DNA from: Aplysia californica
Lineage: Eukaryota
NCBI RefSeq assembly: GCF_000002075.1
Contig: NW_004797314.1
Coordinates: 847,864 to 911,863, forward strand
DNA length: 64,000 nt
Reading direction: 5' to 3'
The notes below the pieces were generated by a model. It saw nothing but the letters and a program-made list of their open reading frames with translations, was not told the origin of the DNA and ran no database searches. Positions 38,073 through 51,091 of this stretch are shown here, in pieces. The position numbers were made by a program, and so were the translations under genes. Within the stretch, counting starts at the first letter, position 1. Each line of letters starts with the position of its first letter.

Positions 38073-38521
38073 TATATACATAATGCAAGTCAAAACTTTA
38101 GATGTAAGAAATGAGTACGTATGATAGATACAAAGACCAGAAAACTATATATATATTTGGAAAGCTCTTTGATAAGGCTATAACACAGGCTGAAAAAAAT
38201 TTACCATTTCGATATTTCTCCCTTAAAATCTGTCCGAAATCACGGAAACTGCCACAGAATTCGACGAAGCCATTTTCACTGACTTGCAGAGTCGCGGCCG
38301 GCGGCAGTTCTAAGTTAAATAACGGAGCATCTTTTGTGTTCCTCTGGCTCAAAAACAGTTCTTATAGAGCAGCTACAAGCAGTAAAAGTCCTGGTGGCAA
38401 AATAAATGCTCATCACATCAGCACTTGCCACTAATAGGGTTAAAAGAAAAAAAAGTACCATATTTGGGCTGAAAATAAAGTTCTTATTCTTAGAAAATAA
38501 CTCTTAACTTAGTAAACTTAC

Positions 38522-38578
38522 AATGGTTGGCCAGGCACAGCATCTCCAAACGACTTAAAGGGATCATCAAGGGATTTC
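38522..38578 (-). CDS. CDK10: CDK10 putative coding exon 15
   Basis: ttttttaacag acceptor, KSLDDPFKSFGDAVPGQP, donor gtaagt; phase 2 at both ends; no homology support. Confidence 0.6.
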
Positions 38579-40029
38579 CTGTTAAAAAAATTAATTAAAG
38601 AAAGAAAGAGTCAGTCATCTGCAAACTTTGCTTTTTTCCATCCTAACTCAACCACTTGTCTTCTTCACAGCCTAGCAGTAGCAGGGGTGTTCTGTCAGCT
38701 CAGTTGGCATCATGCTCGGCTAAGGTATGGATGACCCTGGTTAAAATCCCCAATGGGGACTTTTGAAGAAGAAGCATACCTACTTGGCTTGGTTCTATCA
38801 GAAACAGACCCTTACAGTGAAGGAAAGGATGTTTATCATTAATTAATGCCATGAGGGGTGGGGGGGGGGGGGGGGGGGGGTGAGGTAGAAACATCATGGC
38901 CATGCTTCCATAAATCCTAAATTTAAACTGTAGAAAGAGTGAAGTGGCCTGTGATAGATGCTACCAGAATCTTCAAGACATCTTATAAGAGGATGGGTCA
39001 GGGAAGTGGATTGATCTACACCACAAGATATTACTTTATCTTACAAGGGTATCCAAATATATACATGAAATCTGAGGCAGTTTGTTTTAGTAGAGGTTTT
39101 ATGGCGCTCACAACTGCATAAGGTCATATGAGCGCCAGAAGATCAGAGGTGTTACTAGAGAGAAACAAACATAAAAAAGAAGGAGGGGAGATAAGGACAA
39201 TAGATGTTTGATAGGAAAGAAGAAGCAAACCACACCAGAGCACCCGCCAACCACCCACATCTGAGGCAGGGCGGGATATTCAGGAAGACAGTGACCAATA
39301 CATAACCCATTCAAGGCAAGTAAGACAGACAGACAGAAGCATTGTCAGGCTTGTCAACTTTTCCAAAACCCAACAAGTGACCCCTTACGGTCAGGGAAGT
39401 GGATTGAGAGACACCACAAGATATTACTTTATCTTACAAGGGTATCCAAATATATACATGAAATCTGAGGCAGTTTGTTTTAGTAAGTGTTTTACGGCAC
39501 TTGCAACACAATAAGGTCATAATATAAGTGAGGAAAGATTAGAGGTGTTACTAAAGAGTAACAAACACAAAAAAGAAGGAGGGGAGATAAAGACAATAGA
39601 TGTTTGATAAGAAAGAAGAAGCAAACCACACCAGAGCACCTGCCAACCACCCACACCTAACGTTATAACATCAGATAACGTACCAAAGAACAAAACATCT
39701 TAACTGTAACTGACCTCATTTTATGCAAAGTCCAATATGTTAAAACAGAAATTTTAGATCTTGCAGTAGAGAAATAAGAGACCAGAAAGACATTTGGTGC
39801 AAGCATATCCACCAGCCCCCCATTCTTATTTTCCTTTATGAAGACCTACTAGTCTTATGCCCTGGCATTGGAAAAGAGACTTAAAGAAGAAACATTTTTC
39901 TTTACAATGCTTCATCTAGGCCTCCAAGTAATTAGAAGACTATTAAGAAATCGTAAAAAGCCAAAAATAAAATGTGTTCAGGCTTATTCTAATTGGTCAC
40001 AATTTCCACAAACCATGCAGTGCACGCAC

Positions 40030-40114
40030 CTTTTGTCACTTTTCTCGGCCACTTTGGCTTGTTTCCTTTTCAAACGATGTTGGGGGAAGGAGGGCATAAA
40101 CTCAGGGTCACACG
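40030..40114 (-). CDS. CDK10: CDK10 coding exon 14
   Basis: PCDPEFMPSFPQHRLKRKQAKVAEKSDKR; cag acceptor; probable donor AG|gtgcgt (read-through would stop at 39984). Confidence 0.85.
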
Positions 40115-41097
40115 CTGGGGTGGGGGTTGGGAGGGGGGGGGGGGGGGGAGGTGAGACAAAAAAGGGCATCAATAAAACAGCTGTTTTTTCCACAGACAAA
40201 ATAAATGAAAATCATCTTACATTATAAAAGTCTTACTGAAACAGACTTTAAGATACCAAGAACACAAATTGGTCAGATTTTATACAAGTTACAAACTACA
40301 CCAGATGGTCAAAAATGTTCTTAATAATGGGATAAATAACTAACTTTGAACTATTGACTAAGAAGTGTATTTTAGCAGAAGCACTTTTAGACTTGGTGTG
40401 AAGGATTTTGAACAACAAAGGAGAGGATCCCAACACTAATAATAAAACAAAGGAGAAGGAAGGAACTGGTTTGGTTTGGATTTGAACCCTCAAAGGAGCT
40501 GCCTTTCTGTCAGTAAAAAATGAGAGCACAAAACAAATGATGTAGGCGTATCCCTTCCCTTTTTAAGAATGAATGGAACATGGTGCATTCATTTCAAAAG
40601 AGTGTCAAAATCAAAATAGGACTCATTTGAAGGGCAATAACTTGACCCTTTTTGCTCTGATTTCAACAAGCTTTTAAACAAAACAAAAATTCAACAAATT
40701 CAAGGGGTCATCAAATTTGTCAATACAAGAAAACCCCGTTCCAGAAGTAATAAGTCAAACAATTTGCAACAAAAATTGAGAAAATGCAAAAATTTACAAC
40801 TTCTAAATAATGAAATAATGTGTATTTGAGCATAAAAAACAGGGTGTTTAAAATAAAATTAAACGACCTATTCAAACTGTAATGTTTTCCTTTAGAGTTT
40901 TTTGAAAGACAGAATGTACGAAAACAACCCACAAAAAAATATAACTGTTGAAACTAAATGCTGAACAGAAAGTCCAAAGAATTGATCCCAAAAATTAGCC
41001 CCGGAGTTACTCAAAATTTCTAGCAGTGTATTCAGCATGTCAGGAGAGACGCATGAATACACATCATGGCTGATATTTAACCCCCTGTAACCTAGTG

Positions 41098-41247
41098 ACC
41101 TGGAGACGCGGAGTAGAGTCTGAAATGAAGTCCTGGAACCATTCGTGGGGGACGTTGACCAAGATGGCCCAAAACAGACAGAGTTGGAGATCCTTTGTTG
41201 CTGCCCTAAACGCCAGATGGCGTAAAGGGTAGTAAGTAAGTAAGTAT
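41098..41247 (+). mobile_element. 5'-truncated RTE-clade LINE 3' end
   Basis: TWRRGVESEMKSWNHSWGTLTKMAQNRQSWRSFVAAL C-terminus; (TAAG)n tail; TSD CCTAGTG. Confidence 0.85.
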
Positions 41248-41989
41248 CCTAGTGGCTGATGGCACTGGCCAGTAAGCCAGTCCTGTTTTTCCCTGAGTTG
41301 CCAGTGTCACTGGTCGTTAAAAACGTGATAGTTTTTTTTCCAAATTGAAAAATGACCCAGTAAGTTTAATGTATTCACAGATCATGATAAATTGTATGGT
41401 AGGGGAGTCTATTCAAATCGTTTCTCAACAGTTTGAATGAAAGGAGCCTTATTTCTATTGGGCACTTTTCCAGCTTGTGGTTGTATGGTAAAGAATTGGA
41501 AGCTTAGCTAATGGCATACAGATGGTTTTTATAACAATGCGAATAATTATCTTTTTTACAATTAAAAGTGATGCACATTCAAAATTGAATGTAGATCATT
41601 AAAATTACACATAAAAAACAAAAGAAGTTAATTATTTCATTTTCATCACCAGCCATTCTGCAAAACAGGATCAGTTCACCAGCCGACACCACAAGCCACT
41701 TGAAGACAACAGGTTAAATAGGTCCTTGCATTTTTCAACTGTCCCCGTCGTTTTGAGCGAGAAAAATTAAGAAATTATGAAAACTGAGCCCAAAAATGTG
41801 AAATTATGCGATTCTGTTAATTTTAACAAATAATGATAAAGGAAAATAATAAGAAATTATGCCAAAAATGATCAAAATTTGCTAAATTATGCAGGGTGCA
41901 TAAAACCACGGGGACAGTTTAAAGACATAAGACACCCTCTGTCCAGTCTGAGGTGTGTCCGTCTGAGGAGATGTTGCTCAAGAACTTAC

Positions 41990-42042
41990 GTCGAGGTTGT
42001 TCCTTGAAATATGAACTCTCGGCACAGTCCTCAGCACTTGCC
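41990..42042 (-). CDS. CDK10: CDK10 coding exon 13
   Basis: ASAEDCAESSYFKEQPR; tag / gtaagt; 53 nt. Confidence 0.95.
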
Positions 42043-42864
42043 CTAAGAATAAAAATCCCATGATAATAAGGTTTAAAAATAGAAATTACTTTGATAGCAT
42101 TTCATATACAGCATGGAATTAAAAAAAAGAAAAACACAAAAAGGATAGATGCTTGCTACTAACTGTTCTTAAATACATCCGGCTGCAATGTCAAGTTGAC
42201 ATTTTAGCTGTAGTTTAATGCTCAAATTCAATTTCTTAAACGAATTTAAATTGTAGTTTCCCTTTCCTTGAAATCATCCTAAACATGTAGGCGGACCAAT
42301 GTCTTGTTTTAGTAGAGGTTTTACGGCGCTCGCAACTGCATGATAAGGACGATAGATGTTTGATAGGAAAGAAGAAGCAAACCACATCAGAGCACCCGCC
42401 AATCACCCATTAGCATGGAATTTAAAAAAAAGAAAAACACAAAAAGGGATAGATGCTAGCTACTAACTGTTCTTAAATACATCAGGTTGCAATGTCAAGT
42501 TCATTGACATTTTAGCTGTAGTATAATGCTCAAAGTCAATTTCTTAAACTAATTTAAATTGTAGTTTCCTTTTCCTTGAAATCATCCCAAACATGAAGGC
42601 AGACCAATGTCTGTGAAGGTAGAAGTCGCATTAGTCGAGATAAACATGCTGGACAGCATTTCCTTTAATATTAGGCTCACTACATACAAGTTCAAAACAG
42701 ATTGATATAAGACAGATATTCATAACAATACCCCTCTTGTGTTTTCTAACAGTTTTCAAAAGCCATGAGCTCAGAAGTGTCTATGTTATGGATACTGATT
42801 AGATTCTGACAATAACAAAAACTCGAAACAAGAAACATTGAGTAAAAGAATGTAAAGGTCTAAC

Positions 42865-42954
42865 CTTTTACTGGGATCATACATGAACATGACGTTGAGG
42901 AGACGGATGCCTGCTTCGGTCAGCCAAGGAAATGTGTCCCGAAGGTTGTTGTAG
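42865..42954 (-). CDS. CDK10: CDK10 coding exon 12
   Basis: [30 protein letters not shown]; cag / gttaga; 90 nt. Confidence 0.96.
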
Positions 42955-43052
42955 CTGTAGAGAGCATACATCATGTATCAATAATAATAATAATAGATAA
43001 CACTTTTATTGATCCCAGAAGGGCAATTTGTTTTACAATGGCAAACATACAT

Positions 43053-43091
<39 letters not shown>

Positions 43092-43694
43092 CACCCTTCC
43101 AGGCAGTCATGTGCTGTATTCAGAGATTTTTTACATTATTTCTATCCACATAGACTTTTTCAGCATTATACCGATTAATTCAGATTTTTTTCAGGAAAAG
43201 TTTGCTCTTTTTTTACTTTTAACTGTTGAATTGTCTTTAACCCCTCAGCTGCTGTTAAGATGCACTTCAAAATTCTCTTTAGTTGGCCTCCCGCAGCACA
43301 GTGCACCGACTTCCTCTTCTGTTGAAAAATCAACATTTTGTCACGTTGATATCTCAGCAATAACCAACCTTTCAATAAAGAAAGTGACACCCCTTGCAAA
43401 CTATGAGATCACATTTATATAAAACAGTGGACATAGCAGTGGATTTTGTGAGCTAGGAAACTGACAGATTCAGAGACAAAATCTCCTCATCAAACATACG
43501 GATGGTCAGCCATGGAAGGAGTTGAGAGACAAGGACTATCTAGAAAAAACCTAAACAGTCTAGCTAAAATAAAAGTGAACTCTAGTTCAGGGGTACTTTT
43601 GGCCTTGTCTCACCCCAGCTCATGCCAAATAGAAGAATATCGTAATAGCACCTACTTCAGAAAAAGCTTTATGATAAAATTAACGAAAACTTAC

Positions 43695-43744
43695 GGTTGC
43701 TTTTTCAAAGAAAAATTTTGAAGAGCTGGCAGTTCCGAGAACCC
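43695..43744 (-). CDS. CDK10: CDK10 coding exon 11
   Basis: GFSELPALQNFSLKKQP; cag / gtaagt; 50 nt. Confidence 0.94.
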
Positions 43745-45232
43745 CTGTGAAAATACAAAGCGGCATAAAAACAGTCAATGACAATGTGAAAAAGAAGTCT
43801 TAGTTTTAGTTTTAGTAGAGGTTTTACGGTGCTCGCAACTGCATAAGGTCATATGAGTGCCAGAAAAAGAGGTCTGTTCAGTGGTAAGAGAGACAAAGGT
43901 ACCATGTATTCATTTGTGGTGAATTTAATTATGTGAATAGTCACAGAAGTCACAGAACAGACTCCACTCTGATGAGCTCACTGTGCAGTCTCTCCTGAGC
44001 TTTTGTTCCCCAAAGCCCTGTACGTAGCCTACTTTTCCCTTACAGGGTACCACCCACCCCAAACCCAGTCATGTGGGTGGTTGGCGGGTTCTCTGGTGTC
44101 GTTTGCTTCTTCTTTCCTATCAAACATCTATCGTCTTTATCTTCCTCATTCTTTTTTATGTTTGTTACTCCCTTGTAACACCTCTAATCTTCTGGCGCTC
44201 ATATGATCTTATGCAGTTGCGAGCGTCGTAAAACCTCTACAAAAACCCCCCCAACCTAATCACCAATTTTTTACCACATAGATGGGTGGCCTAGTTAAAT
44301 CTTTCTACGAGAACGAGCTCAAAGGCAGAGCAGTACCAGCGTCAATATCTAATAGAGAAAAAAGGATAATCAAAATTATTTCTATCTTTAACATTTTATA
44401 AATTGGACACATGAAGTATATCGTGCTGGTTTGAAGTCAGTTGTGAAAGTGATTCAAATTCTGTTCTATGTCAGTGCTTTATGATAGCTTCACCTAGAGG
44501 TCACCCTAAGAGTAAAATTGCATAAAATATCATACTTTTGCTATTTGAAAATGATAATGAGAAGGAAATGGAACAAAATTCATGTGTAAGCTGAGGATGA
44601 CCCACGCAATATAAGTCTCTCCCATTTTCACGTTCATATTTTCTTTAGTCAGAAAAAAATCACCATTCACCAAAACTAGATCTAAAAATTCCAATGGATT
44701 AACAGTATGAGGGAAAACTGATGATTTGTTTTTTCAAGACAAAAAAAGTCATTTATTATTTTCTTCTATTAGTCTTGTTGACCTCAAACTAATTTCAAGT
44801 TTATTTTGGTTGATTTGAAAACGGACTGAAGAAGTCTAACATATTTGTACCAACTGTCTTTCTTCTTTTCTTCAGTATCTTCAGCATGCACTACATACTG
44901 TATGTCAAACTGTTGTTGATTTTGATATTTTCCAGCTTTCTGTGCTGAGTTATGTTTGAAGGTTCATAATTGTCTGCACTTTATTTAAGATCTTTGTTTC
45001 CTATTTTTCCAGTTATATTTGAAAAGCATAGTAATATAATCAAGTGAAACTTCAAACAAAAGCAGTAGGCCTACGGCATTTTTCAATCGTCTGCAAACAA
45101 ATAGTAAATGCCGCCAGTACAACTTTTACGAAGTTTTCATTTCACAACGATAGCAAATGCTTTCCCCGACAATTACATTACTCAATATGATCTTTTTTTA
45201 AAACTTAGATTTTTGTAATCTACATCCAATTG

Positions 45233-45412
45233 TTTCGATATGATCTTGCCTCAATAGGAAACATGGACAAAATGCTGATGGGTTTTGACATGCCAAGCCT
45301 TTCCACTGTAGAAAGCACAGGCAACAAAACGATTAGTACAAAGACTGCTGGCCATGAGAAGCAACAGTGCACTGTTGTTCTTGTGGGATTAGCTGATGGA
45401 ACAAAATTAAGC
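45233..45412 (+). pseudogene. pogo/Tigger-like DDE_1 transposase fragment
   Basis: IGNMDKMLMGFDMPSLSTVESTGNKTISTKTAGHEKQQCTVVLVGLADGTKL matches the first-Asp region of pogo transposases. Confidence 0.8.
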
Positions 45413-45591
45413 TTTTCATGAGACTGTTGGTGTATCTTAACCCATGAACATATGATTTATACTAATACTATACTAAAATTTTGGCTCTAAGACTTCCTGC
45501 CTCTTATCCACCCGTGCATCTTATAAACGATGACATGTGGTAAATTATATTGCACTATGCAATAAGCTTGGTCAGCAAACATATCACTTAA

Positions 45592-45863
45592 CTCTTTAAA
45601 CCCCATCGGATGCTGGGAGTGTCCGGCGGTAATAACCCTGTTCCTTATCAGACGATACTAGTAACAACTGTTTCGTTTCATTTAGTGCTAGTTTTTGCTC
45701 GTTTTTCAGAACTATTCCCGATCCAAGTTTTTTTTAGTAATCACTAAGCCTTTGTTTACACAATTTAAAAGTAGGAGGCAAGCTTTTGGACATAGTGCAC
45801 CAGGTTTAGGTGACTGTAGAAAAAACTCCGGGAAATGATGAGAAAACCTCAGGGTTTAAAGAG
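45592..45863. mobile_element. TTAA-flanked piggyBac-like MITE, copy 2
   Basis: Same TIR and interior; ends about 24 bp from CDK10 exon 10. Confidence 0.8.
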
Positions 45864-45887
45864 TTGAACCCATGTCAATCTACTTAC

Positions 45888-46011
45888 TGGCCATATTGCA
45901 TCATTGGGGGTGCCAAGGAGATCCAGAATGAGGTCAATCTGGTGGAGTTCAGAGCGCCCTGGCAAAAGTGGTCGATGAGCTAACAGTTCTCCAAGGATGC
46001 AACCAGCTGAC
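45888..46011 (-). CDS. CDK10: CDK10 coding exon 10
   Basis: [41 protein letters not shown]; tag / gtaagt; 124 nt. Confidence 0.97.
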
Positions 46012-47516
46012 CTAGTTCAGAATTAAGAAATGAAGAGAGCAAGTGAGCACACTTGCACATTATACTGGATTTACCATAATAGAAAAGACACTTAAGTACT
46101 TCTGACTTAGTACAAGACTCTAAGCTACTTCTAATTCAATAATGGATGTGTTCAGTTGAGTTTGAGTTTGATTACAGAGAAGCAAATTAACACAATAACT
46201 ACAGGGAAAAAATAATACAGCACACAGTAACAACAGAGTGAAAGAAAAAAAGTAAGACCTACCAGTGGCATCCCTAAACCACCCCCTTAGTTCAATATCA
46301 AAAGTAAATGTCAAAAAGATTCTGAACAGACATTTATCTAAACTTAAAATTTTGTCAGAGCCATTCACATTTTCAATAGCTTGGAAAAGTAATTGCACTG
46401 CAATATTTTGACAGTTGCTTCAGGAAGAGTTTTACGTCCCTTGCAAAACAATTAGGTCATATAAGTGCCACCTGTCAGTCATATACTTATACATTTGTGT
46501 ATTAAAATGAGGGAAAAGAACAGCTATCTGTACCATCATACATCAACAGACTGTAGTGAAAAGACAACATTTATTTTTAATTGCTCATCATGCTGCTTCC
46601 CTTGGCTTGAGTTATGAGAAACACATTTGATACAATAACGTTTACTCAGTACTTGTGGAAAAAAGACAGGCAGCCAGGTAGGAACATCAGAGGGAGGATA
46701 AAGAAGTAGAACCCACCAGTGACATTCTCTAACCATCTGTCCTCATTTTCCACCAAAAAAATGAAAGAAAGGGAAGGCACAGAAAAGAAGCACACAGTGC
46801 CATAGTCACTTACTAGAAGTCTGCCACACCAATCGAAAAGTTATCAGTTGTTTCTCTTTTCGCAGGGTAATGAAAGCAGAGATGGTGTGATAGAGAAACA
46901 CTCAAAGGAGCCTGTTATTGTCCGTCGCATAAAAATGTACATTTTGAGACATATCGACTTCATGGTTTGAGTTTTAACTATGGTCAGGCACAGACAACAC
47001 AAACACAGGAAACTCGTAATCACGGATAGCTCGTACAATTTGCCATTCCCAAACCTTTAATATTTTGTTACACGGTTGACCCCAATTATGGATGTGTCAA
47101 ACGCAATTGTTAACCCCTAGCATGTTTGAGTTATCCATGCTTGACAATATTTAGTTTGCGTGTAAAGCCCTGATAGACACAGGATATCTCGAAGGAGGTC
47201 CCAACACTGGGGTTTCGGGGGTCTATTTTTCGGAAGACCCAACCACAAAACTATTGATATCCTCCAACCTGGGGTTAAGTTAACTTACAAGATATTTTGA
47301 AATGGGAGAAAAGAAAAACACAGTAAAACCAATAATGTAACCTTTGAAGCCCTTAGCAACTGCATTCCAATTTCTGAATTCTTCCTGCTGTACATGCACT
47401 ACCACTGTTTGAACAACTCATGATCAGAAAGAAAATCATGAGTAGAAACGGGACAATAATCTTGTCAATAGGAAAATACAAACTGTTTTACATTGAACAA
47501 AAGAACGGGTACCAAC

Positions 47517-47576
47517 CAGATGTCAATAGCAGTCGTGTGAGTTTTAGAACCAAACAAAAGCTCTGGAGCTCGGTAC
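47517..47576 (-). CDS. CDK10: CDK10 coding exon 9
   Basis: YRAPELLFGSKTHTTAIDIW; cag / gttggt; 60 nt. Confidence 0.96.
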
Positions 47577-48227
47577 CTGCAAAACACACCCAAAAAAAAG
47601 TCAGAAACCCCCCAATTTTAATTATCCTCCTCTCAGATTATTGTTTGGTTAATGATCAATGAAAACTTAAACACGTTCAGTAATGCTCATACATGTACAT
47701 AACAGCTAACTAAACATTCTTCTGTTAATTATTAAAGACATATATATTGAAGGAGTGATATTACCAGAGAAATATTGAAATAGTTGAATTTTGAATTATT
47801 GGTTGTGGCTATCTCATTTTCAAAGAGAACAACCTTCATACTGTATTTTATTTCAATTTTCAAAAAAAATAAATCTGGCTAACTAGTATTTGAGATACAG
47901 TATCTTTTGCTTATTGCGTGTCGTGACAACTTCATTCTGGCGGCTTGACTTTTACATTGATTTTTAGAAGAAACCACACATTTTTTAGTTCTCAAAGTAT
48001 AAACAAAGGTAGCATTCACTATTCTAAAGAATATGACGGAGCTAGATATTCATAATTTTGAGACAGACACACAGACAGAAAACCACAATGATCTCTGAAA
48101 AAGTCTTAAACTGAGACCACTCTCTTCAAGGACAAAGGATAATTTTTCCAAAATTTATTTAAGCACATAGGAAAGTACGATTAGTTGGGTCACGACATAT
48201 ATTGATTAAAAATATGAAAAGAATTAC

Positions 48228-48297
48228 CACAGAGTCACCACAGTCGGTGTCATGGGGCGCAGGGGTAGTTCATACTTTCTTGCCAGACCAAAGTCAG
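48228..48297 (-). CDS. CDK10: CDK10 coding exon 8
   Basis: ADFGLARKYELPLRPMTPTVVTLW (DFG and T-loop); cag / gtaatt; 70 nt. Confidence 0.97.
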
Positions 48298-48830
48298 CTG
48301 AAGAAAAGACAAGAAAATAGTTTTGAAAAAAAGTACACCTTAAAACACTCCATACTAGCAAAGGAAGGCAAACAAACCATCCTAATTCAAAAGCACCCCT
48401 TTGTAGATCACAACAATTGAGGGACTGAATATTTCTTATAATAGTGGGGCACAGGGGCACTTTTCACATCAACTTCTTTCAGCCTGTTGCAATGCTGAAC
48501 CTCATTTTGCTTAGGTTGGTCCTGACAGGCACAGTCAAAGTAGCCTACCTCCCAACTGACCTAACTGTGTGAATGGGGCTGTAATTGCAGTAAAACATTG
48601 ATAATAATTTTTTTTTTTGCGGAGTGGAAGAATCAAATGACGATTTCAAACTCATATTCTCTTGTGCCTAGTCATGAATTCACCTAAATGTCCATGTCCT
48701 CAATTACTCTTGCCGTTTTCTTCCATTTCATTATTTTGACTAGCGCCTGATTTCACCATGATGGGTCACAAATGTCTTCTACATTTCTTAAACAGCTGTC
48801 ATTACAGCATTTTATAAAATATCCACTCAC

Positions 48831-48883
48831 CAATTTTGACACAGCCCTTATCTGTCATGAGGAGATTGGACACTTTCAGATCT
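48831..48883 (-). CDS. CDK10: CDK10 coding exon 7
   Basis: DLKVSNLLMTDKGCVKI (catalytic loop); aag acceptor / gtgagt; 53 nt. Confidence 0.96.
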
Positions 48884-49690
48884 CTTCAGAGCACATGAAA
48901 CACAAAATAACGTTATGAAAATTATGAATAATGAAAACACTAGTTTTAAAAAAATGTCTCAAAACGAAATGCACTGAATATTAAACAGATCAATGGAATA
49001 AAAAGTTCACAGAAATTAAAAGTTTGTACAATCAGTGTCTTCGATCTCTTACATTAAAATAACTATTTCAACAGAAAATCATACAGGCGATTTATTTTGT
49101 AAAAAACTAGGAGACTTTTGTTAAAGAAGAGGAACGCATTCCACCCTTACACTGGTTCAAATTGTGGCTGAAGGCTTTTGATTGACAAAGAATATTTGAG
49201 AGAGGAGTCGGGACTTGACCCTAAATCCTTTTCAATCGGTTAGAAAAAACCGATGGTTTAGAATAAGATGTAGTAGGCCAGGCTCATTGTTCCTCATGCG
49301 AACACCTTGGACTTTCATACATAACTTTATCTACTGTTTACATGCTGCAAAGTTTCAAAGCAAGGAAACAAAACAATAGGATCTTCGTAACCCGGGGAAT
49401 GAAAATTGGCATAAAATGCAATGCAATGTCACTGGGCAAGGTTTCTAGAAGAACAGTCACTGCAGATCACTCCTGAGTAAAACATGTCGACCTTTGTTGA
49501 AAAAATTTCTACACAGCAGCAGCAAGAAATGGTAAATTAATGAATGCTTGAAACGTTTTTTTAAGTACTGCATTGTTGTTGTAGCATGCATTCTATTCTG
49601 AAACGAATCTTTACAACATTTGCTCATCCATTAAAGCGTTTTCTTTTTCTTTTCATAACTATGTTCACTATAAGAATTCTGTGCACCCAC

Positions 49691-49758
49691 CTGTGGATGA
49701 TGAAATTCTCATGTAAATACTGCAGACCAGAGCACACTTGTAACATGATGCACTTCAC
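49691..49758 (-). CDS. CDK10: CDK10 coding exon 6
   Basis: [23 protein letters not shown]; cag / gtgggt; 68 nt. Confidence 0.97.
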
Positions 49759-50629
49759 CTGAAAACAACGTGAAGCAAATACGTCAACATTGGAGTGCTT
49801 TACCACACAGCAAGTAGAAAAGCTCAACTTTCAAAAATATTGCATTTGAAACCCAGATGACAAAGGTCTACGCAACTGCAATAATAATATAATAATAGAT
49901 TGCATTTATAAAGCGCTCTATCCCATACTGGTATAAGCTCTGAGCGCTTTACACCAATCACATTATCATTCACACAAGAAAAAATATTTCACAGAAGCAA
50001 GAAAAACCAGTTTAACCACATAAAGAACTTTCACAACCAAAAATAAACTATACACGAAAGGACAGCGAAAAAAAAAAAAGTAAATGTATATGTACATGTA
50101 TATTAAAAAATCAGAACTTACTAAGACACTATAACTAAAAATTGAACAATTTCAAAACTGTCTCTCCAGTATTTCTTGTGCGCGTTTAATTCTTTTTCCC
50201 CCCACTCAAAGTGGCTTTCATTCAATAATAATGAGGCAATAACAATAACACTCCATCAGTCGATATATTCTGTTAAAAAAACTTTATTTCACCTACCTCT
50301 TCATTCAAAGTATTTAATTCCACATGACCTAAATCTTCAAAACTGACGTAACAATCAATTGTTAAAATTAACACACCTACTTTTCTTCAAGAATTGAAAG
50401 AGAGCCGGACTCAGCTAAACCCAGAAGCCTGTCCAGACAATCGTAATTCAGTTTCATGTACTCACTTTGAACAGGTCATTCAGACTTATACTCCCCGGGG
50501 CTGTGCTACTGACTGAAGAAGTCAATGTTCTTATGCACAGTAGAATTGTAATTGTAAATGGGCTGATTCATTGATGTTACACTAATAACTGTGCTTGAAT
50601 TGCAACAGGGAACTGCTGCTTTTTTTTCC

Positions 50630-50860
50630 CTAATCTTTACTATCGTCACTTTCCTCTACTTCTTTTGTACGTTTGTCACACTCTTGAGACCCGCTATTTC
50701 CAGGGTGCCTTGATAGCCGAAGTAGACTTTGAGCTGTTGAAGCTTGAGAGGTGAGCAGAGTAAATCTGATTCCCTGTGAGGATTTCTCTGTTGAAATCCG
50801 CCCCTTGGCGCTCATATGACCTTATGTAGTTGCCAGCGCCGAAAAACCTCTACTACTAAA
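50630..50860 (+). mobile_element. Longer variant of the stem-loop-tailed retroposon, second copy
   Basis: Aligns by eye with 22770-22993. Confidence 0.7.
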
Positions 50861-51009
50861 AAATTGTTTTTAAAAATTCAGACTTAAAAGTTAGAGTGAA
50901 GACCCACCATAACTCTGTTCAGGCCTTTCACAAGTCCAGCAGCATTATACGTTAACAGCATTGACAATGTTGCCATAATTTGGAGCACAAAAAGAGTAAA
51001 AATGCTCAC

Positions 51010-51091
51010 CTGGGGTTCTGAGAAGGGAGCTGCCATGTTGTCTAGAAGGGAGGCCAAGTCTTGTTCACAATACTCCATCACAAGGAAAATA
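51010..51091 (-). CDS. CDK10: CDK10 coding exon 5
   Basis: [27 protein letters not shown]; cag / gtgagc; 82 nt. Confidence 0.97.

Noticed and set aside
43985-44020. Alternative CDK10 exon 11 (GFGEQKLRRDCT)
   Set aside because: Poor similarity; 43695-43744 gives the conserved GFSELP...KKQP with correct phases
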